Positions 57,825 to 64,000 of a stretch of 64,000 nt of DNA are shown piece after piece; the stretch's first letter is position 1; each line of letters opens with the position of its first letter. A model generated the notes under the pieces. It had not been told where the DNA came from. It made no database searches and worked only from the letters and a program-made list of their open reading frames with translations. The stretch comes from Strigamia acuminata (taxonomy: Eukaryota), in assembly GCA_949358305.1 (NCBI GenBank), contig OX442314.1, positions 25,110,001 to 25,174,000 on the forward strand, in the 5' to 3' direction. A program made the position numbers and the translations under genes.

Positions 57825-58697
57825 TTTTCATTGTTGGGAGCACTGGCGAATTACCCGTCATCCTGCTGACTTAATGACGGTTAAGCCACTGGGTCTTCGC
57901 TGAATTTAATACCAGCTCCTTGTCACAAGCGCGGTTAGGCTTACCAGGACACCTTGATGAATTGATATCCATCAAACCAAGCATGAAACTAAATTCCTTG
58001 GCGTCTGCTTCTGTTGCCGTCTTCAACACGATGTCATGATGAGTGAAGGTAGACCACGTTGTGTTTTCCATCTTTCTGATTTCGATTTCGATTAAGTCAA
58101 CAAGATGACGGGTAATTCGCCAGTGCTCCCAACAATGAAAATTCGAGTCGTTCAGCTATACCGTGTTGTTGTAAGAATAACTCTATTGGATCAAGCAATA
58201 AATGGGCAATCCATCATTTCAGGGACCACGGAATAAGAGGCATAAGGAAGTGTTTCGAGGGTGGTTGAATGAGGATGTTTAGGTTAGGTTAGGTTAGGTT
58301 TAGGTTAGCCAGCGCCATTCACTGACACGTGACGCCATTTTGTTTTTAGATGGTCGTTCTGCTAATCCGGGAGTTTGTTCATTTCCCAAAATGGCCGAAT
58401 GGGTAATTTTGAAAAAGTGGGGGTTAAGAAAAGTGAAAGTGGGGGTAAATCGAATGGGCCTCCGTTGACGGCGAGCATCGTTTGGCATCGTTTAAAGTCG
58501 CCCGGGGGTATTGGAAGTGGGGGTAAGGGCAAGAAAAAATAGGGGGTTATTTTAAAAGTCTCGTTTCAATATGGGGAGTTGAATGATATATGACAATGGT
58601 AATTTGGGAAAGTGGGGGTAAAAAGTGGGGGTAAATCGTATGGGCTCCCGATGGCGGTGGGCACCGTTTGGCATTGTTTAAAGCAGTTGTATGTCTC
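57825..58697 (-). mobile_element. Probable truncated DNA-transposon end: subterminal ~62-bp direct repeats, TTAGG array, short transposase-like ORF inside a 51-bp inverted repeat
   Basis: Direct repeats ~58436-58497 and ~58621-58683; (TTAGG)n 58279-58308; ORF 58071-57871; IR 57825-57875 / 58091-58141. Confidence 0.45.
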
Positions 58698-59582
58698 AAT
58701 TCGCGGGTGCAAAACTCGAAATGTCAATTTTCTCCACTTCCTGTCTGTCGGAACCGGTGGAAGAAAGAGTGGTGAGCGATGTTGTTGTCGTGGTTACGTC
58801 TATTCGCGGAACCCACGAGTCGCTCGGTTTTGTCACCGGTTCAGGAAGTATCGGCGCAATGCTCAGAAGACCGACCGAAGGTGCCAGCGACAGAGATATA
58901 TTTGGTTCGGTGCCGAGAGATACCTGCAAAGGACGGCTGCTGAATAAACTAGGACTTCTATCACCAGCACTCGAATCGTCTAAAGAGGATGGTAGTGGCT
59001 CGTTGCCCTCAATGACCGTACGCCATAATCCACGAGAGTCCAAGACCGCTTCCATCTGCATTTGCTGCTTTAAAGGGAAATGAAATCCTCGTGTGTGTTG
59101 GCGCCTCGTCGTCCGTCTTGTCGTTGCTCGCGAATCGTACATTGCTCGTACACTCGTATCGCCCGTCGAATAGCGTAGAAACCTCGCTCACTCGTACCGC
59201 ACGTCAATTCGCGTAGGAACTCGCTCACTCGCACACACCCGCACTCGTACGTACGCTTCGCCGTTCGTTTGCTTGATTTACCGTCGCTCCCAGATCACTC
59301 ATCGTTCACCACCTTGTTGCGATGCCGAAAAGCCCACGGGAGAATGTTTGGCCATTCGTTCACGTATACCGGTATACGTTTTTATTTTATTTTTTTGCTG
59401 CTCACCAACCGTCCGTCATTCACACCGAGCAAACCATTCCTCTGCTACCACTTGTAAGAATAAAACTGCTCGGTTTGTTGAATGAACATAAATAAACTTT
59501 AATTTGCTTTCCATTCACCGCTAGTTACATTGTCAGCCATTTGTGTACAAGGCGACGTCAAAATGCAATAAACTCATTTACA
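58698..59582 (-). mobile_element. Ty1/Copia-like remnant: LTR end, initiator tRNA-Met PBS, gag N-terminal fragment
   Basis: Minus strand ...TTACA-AG-TGGTAGCAGAGGAATGGTTT (59450-59431), tRNA-iMet complement with one extra A; QMEAVLDSRGLWRTVIEG resembles the Copia gag N-terminus; outer LTR limit (59582) uncertain. Confidence 0.7.
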
Positions 59583-60145
59583 ATAATAATATCAACGATT
59601 ACGCACATTACCCACAAGAACAGACGTACAAAAAGAATTATTTACTGGTCTATGAGTGATTGCAAAGAATAGATAAATGCAATGTAACAAAGATATCTGG
59701 TAACACAAACTCTTAAAGTTAATATCACTTGTAAATTGTGACTACGCTTGCAAAGTCATTCAGGACTTGTGAGAGAAGTGCAGGCGCTACAATTAAAATA
59801 AATTGTGTATTTCTTTATTTTTGTATGTACAAATTATTTTTGTTTGCTGTTTATTAATTTGATTGTATTGTAGAGTAATTTTTAATTCGACAATGAGAAA
59901 AAATAGCGTGGAGAAAATTCTCTCAAATGTTTTTGCAAAATTTATAATAGCGTAAACACAAGTCAATTTCAACAAGAAATGTTAGCGCGGCAATTTAGAT
60001 TCATATTCTAGAACTGTGGAATTGAGATGACGTAGGATTTCTGAAAAATTCAGTTTCCATTTTACACCAAAATGTGAAACTAAATATCTGGAACAAATTG
60101 GAAAAGAACTACAGTATAAAGAAAACCTGTACTGATGTGTCTCAA

Positions 60146-60278
60146 CTTGAAACTCTATTTTACAATTGAAGACTCCATTTACACAGTTGATTACAAAACG
60201 GACATTCGAATGGAATATCCAGCGCTTTTTGCTTTCTGCGTTGATTTCCTCTGGCTTTTTCTTTTTGCCCAAACCCAT
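60146..60278 (-). pseudogene. ELOF1/Elf1-like pseudogene fragment (copy 2)
   Basis: MGLGKKKKPEEI, then a shifted frame reading RRKQKALDIPFECPFCNQLC. Confidence 0.6.
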
Positions 60279-60523
60279 GATTAACTAATAAACAAAACAC
60301 AATTTTAAAATCAAAATCCTACGTGTCCAACAGTCAAATGACAATACCACTACTGGTAGGGTCCAACGATACTATTGGTTAGATCTCGTGTTGGTGACGT
60401 TTTAAGATCGTTCTGGACTCGTGTGGCCTGTGATTGGCTCATAGGTATCTCAAAACCGACTATACAAGTCGGTTTCATTTGGTTCATTGTCATTCAGCGT
60501 TTGATTTTCATTCATATACAGTC

Positions 60524-60907
60524 ATGTCTGGTCGAGGTAAAGGAAACATCAGTGTCAAGTCGAAGAGCAAATCGCGGTCTTCGCGCGCCGGCCTTTCGTT
60601 CCCCGTAGGTCGAATCCATCGTTTACTCCGCAAGGGAAAGTATGCCGATCGTATCGGTGCTGGAGCTCCGGTCTACTTGGCTGCGGTCTTGGAGTATCTG
60701 GTGGCCGAAATTATGGAGTTAGCTGGAAACGCCGCGAGAGACAACAAGAAGTCGCGGATAATTCCTCGACACCTCCAGATGGCCATACGCAACGACGAAG
60801 AGTTCGCTAAGTTGTTGTCGAGTGTTACGATTGCGCAGGGTGGCGTTATGCCCAACATTCAGGCCATTCTTTTGCCCAAGAAGACCGATAAGACCGACAA
60901 GAAGTAA
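60524..60907 (+). CDS. H2A: Histone H2A, divergent, intronless, 127 aa (copy 2)
   Basis: Same as copy 1 except TIAQGGVMP versus TIAEGGVIP. Confidence 0.96.
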   Translation: MSGRGKGNISVKSKSKSRSSRAGLSFPVGRIHRLLRKGKYADRIGAGAPVYLAAVLEYLVAEIMELAGNAARDNKKSRIIPRHLQMAIRNDEEFAKLLSSVTIAQGGVMPNIQAILLPKKTDKTDKK

Positions 60908-60948
60908 AAAGTTGGAAGGGAATACGTTTCGTTGTAGATGCAACGATC

Positions 60949-60964
60949 GGTTCTTTTTAGGGCC
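60949..60964 (+). terminator. Histone 3' stem-loop of H2A copy 2, with two U-G wobble pairs
   Basis: GGTTCT-TTTT-AGGGCC-ACA, then ATGGAGGGGAGA. Confidence 0.8.
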
Positions 60965-61238
60965 ACACGATTTATGGAGGGGAGAATCAAAATTATATGT
61001 TACAATAAATAAAAATAAATTCGATTTTTAATTAACTTTTGTAAATTGTAAATTGTTTATTGTTTATCTAGGTTTATTTTATAAGTGAGAAGTTTTTTCG
61101 TTATTAAAAACAAGAAACAATAGAGCGCGTTTGCCGATTTACCACACGATTTAAAGATTAAATTATCGTTTGAATAGCCGAAATCAGAATAAATGGAGAC
61201 TATGTTATTTGAATTGTATTGGGCCGATACAAAATGTA

Positions 61239-61396
61239 CAAAATGTACAAAATAAGCAAAAATTAATTTTATTTTGGTTGAAATTTTGTGCAATTTTTGT
61301 TACCAGTGCCGGAACAAACATTCCGGCACTGGTAACAAAAATTGCACAAAATTTCAACCAAAATAAAATTAATTTTTGCTTATTTTGTACATTTTG
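61239..61396. repeat. Perfect fold-back: 76-bp arms, 6-nt loop
   Basis: 61239-61314 is the reverse complement of 61321-61396; loop CAAACA. Confidence 0.93.
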
Positions 61397-61654
61397 ATTT
61401 TTTAAGTTTTCTGCATTTTTGGAGGCCCGTAAAATACGCGTAAATTATACACGATACACCAGCTTCGGATATTCTAAAATAAACGGTAAAAAATTCAGAG
61501 TATTTCAGGTCGTAGTAACTGTGCTGTAACGTAGAACTACATGGGGAGGTGGTTTGTTTATTGTGTTTTTCTTGTTATTTCGTGGTATCGTAAATTCCAC
61601 TATGATTTCCGTTGCTGGCACTGGTTTCCATTTACGTTTAGAGGATTGTCCTGT

Positions 61655-61795
61655 TAGACGTAGTTTACATTTACACATCTGCTACATCTCCGACTCGCCA
61701 TCAATGACTGTGACCATCCTCAACAGTCTGCCGCTCCTCGATGGCTTCACTTATCGTGACATCTTCTGATTTATTCATCTCACTACACCTTACAC
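61655..61795 (+). pseudogene. Fragment of the neighbouring LRR gene (mirror copy at ~56266-56350, minus)
   Basis: RSLHLHICYISDSPSMTVTILNSLPLLDGFTYRDIF* versus LRSLHICSTSVSPSMAVTILNRLPLLESFTYHDVF in the 62840 ORF. Confidence 0.8.
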
Positions 61796-62244
61796 ATGGA
61801 GATTCCATTTTTATCGTTGAAAACTCCTCTTTTGTTTATTCGCATACGACCGAACACGTTAACGTTACAGAACTGGAAGTCTCGTCACACGTTAGGGGCC
61901 GCGAGAATACAAGAGACCCTCATACGAGATTCCAATACATTGGAGCTAGGTGACACAAAATAATGACAATTAAGTGGTAACCCTTGTCAACACTTCGATG
62001 TTTCCATGCTACAGGGAGTAGATTGTAAACAATTTGACATGACCATTGTTCAGACTCAAGAATTGATCACCCATATCCACCTTTTAGGCAAAAGCGTCAT
62101 AACATAAGATGATGCACTTGATCTACATCATGTAGGTCGTTCATAGAAAAAAACATGACTTCATTCATGAATACCACAAGAAAGAAAAACTCCATTATCA
62201 CAACAAAAAGCTAAAAGATATAAACCGGTATACAAAAATCAAAA

Positions 62245-63748
62245 ATGTTATTTACTCTAAAAAACATCTGCCTGCGACACGTTTCTCGCATGATATTTCA
62301 AGTCTGGAATTTCAATCGAAGTCAAACCACTGCACAGAAAGTTGCAGAGTTGAAAATACAAACGAAGGATTACTTCCATTTCCGTGAGACAATCTATAAT
62401 ATTAATGAGAATTACACTCTAAAAGAAAACCAATATTCTTTCAACAGCTGTTCACATATCTAAAGCAATCCTGGATTACATGTACTTGAAATGGGGCTAC
62501 TTCACAATCGGCCACGCAGTCTGGCTCCTGGAATCCAGATCTCCAATACTCAACCTCTGGTTTTGGCGCGACAATATAAACATGGAAGATTTATCCCTAT
62601 TAATATCACCTGAATCTAAAAAAGTAAAAAAAAAAAATTAAATCAAAATAAATCCAGGGATCCCTGGATCCGCCACAAACTAAAAGACGATAATTTATTG
62701 TCCCAAAAATCAGAATCTACAAGAATTAATAATCCCGCGACCGGTCGAGAAGATCCAAGCAGTTTCATCGTTCACCAACCTCAAAACACTCAATTTAACG
62801 AACAACACCGTAAACACGAGCAAAGACATCAAGAACCTCTTGTTGCAATGCCAGAATCTCACCAACCTCAACATGGAAGGTTGTGTGCAAGTCGGAAACA
62901 AACTATTCAAATCTTTAATCAAAATGAAACCCATTAAGAACAACCTACGAAGTTTACACATCTGTTCCACTTCCGTCTCGCCGTCGATGGCCGTGACCAT
63001 CCTCAACCGCCTGCCACTCCTCGAGAGCTTCACTTACCACGATGTCTTCGGATTCCTTCACCTCAGACACAACAAAAAGAACAAAATCGGCGACAATATT
63101 CACAATTTAAGTCTCGGGCACTTGAATTGCACTTCGTCCTTCCCAACGGGAAGGAAATTCGCGCCTGCGCGCAAGGATTTCAATTCTCTCAAGCAAGTCG
63201 AGTTGATTTTGCCTCAAAATTGCGAGTTGAAAGCGCTTAAGAGCATTTGCGAGAACTGCGCACATCTGGACGCTTTCACGCTTTGGTTTACGTCGGAGAG
63301 CGTAACTTCGAGCATTCAACCAAAAAAGAACTTCGACGATATCGTACGGTCGGTGTTTATACTCGGCGAGAACGAAACGTTCCCCATCAGCCAATTGAAG
63401 TTGATTTCTGTGCAGCACGTCGAGTTGAATTTCCTCTTCTGCAAAATGCCAAATCTGATAAAACTGTGTCTGGAAAACTGTAATATTTGCACTGAATACG
63501 ACCGGAGGATCGGTAAATCGCTTTCTAGTCTCTACGTGAACAATCTGCGCATTTTCGACGTGCGGGAGATCCTAATGCGATGTCCGTACCTGGAGGAATT
63601 GGAATTCGCGCATATTCAAATGCAGTCGGCGCTGTTCAGTGGGATCAAGTTGCCGTGTTTAAAGAAATTCTCTGTCTATCAATGTATGGGCCCGCCATTA
63701 GATTCTGTCAATGTCATAATGACTTATTTTCCAAAACTACTCGCGTAA
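62245..63748 (+). pseudogene. Leucine-rich-repeat (RNI/FBXL-like) gene with N-terminal BC-box-like motif; 5' part appears disrupted, 3' ~300 codons open
   Basis: CQNLTNLNMEGC, LRSLHI, MPNLIKLCLENC, CPYLEELEF, LPCLKKFSV; MLFTLKNICLRHV at 62245; stop at 62463 and an A-rich interruption near 62617-62680; AATAAA after 63748. Confidence 0.6.
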
Positions 63749-64000
63749 AAAGTGTTTGTGAGTGCAATAAAAATAAAACAAAATAAAAATAAAACAAATT
63801 ATTTTTATTTACAAAACTATGCAATGAATGATAACTTTTTACATTTACATTTTTAGATTTTTTTTACTTTAAGAGTTTATACATTATTATTTTTGTTTTC
63901 GCTTAGTGTCTGTTCTATTTAAATAAAAGCGTGAAAAAACCGAGGACTCCGGTTTCGTGTCCGGGCGATCGTTTTGCGCCGTCGTTGTCTCGTTCGGCGG

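Larger units (their letters stand above)
60069..61748 (+). repeat. Right arm of the inverted duplication
   Basis: Reverse complement of ~56266-57821 plus an extra fold-back at 61239-61396. Confidence 0.92.

Noticed and set aside
58170..58180. TGTAAGAATAA as a second Copia LTR matching 59453
   Set aside because: Similarity stops after 11 bp
56991..60907. H2A.X, H2A.Z or macroH2A identity
   Set aside because: No C-terminal SQ motif, no H2A.Z signature residues, no macro domain; intronless with a stem-loop

Overview
AT-rich eukaryotic genomic DNA with spliceosomal introns. Interstitial TTAGG arrays and replication-type histone stem-loops point to an arthropod. 1-31 kb holds two multi-exon + strand genes (TMTC1-like O-mannosyltransferase, synaptotagmin-like) with MITE-rich introns. 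31.5-43.5 kb is a compact block: SWSAP1-like, an unusually extended TSPO, USP6NL/RN-tre, and a Myb/SANT (trihelix-type) gene on the minus strand. 44.7-56.1 kb is an intact, very recent Ty3/Gypsy element on the minus strand: two 611-bp LTRs identical by eye, TACT TSD, tRNA-Pro-type PBS, PPT, and gag/pol joined by a -1 frameshift cassette. In the env position it carries a ~901-aa non-env gene that appears to be split by its own GT-AG intron; this is the main finding. 56.2-61.8 kb is an inverted duplication with two divergent H2A genes, ELOF1-like pseudogenes and LRR fragments around nested Copia/DNA-transposon debris, followed by a BC-box/LRR gene or pseudogene. All identities come from motif recognition by eye; no database searches were run, and exon coordinates may be off by a few bases.
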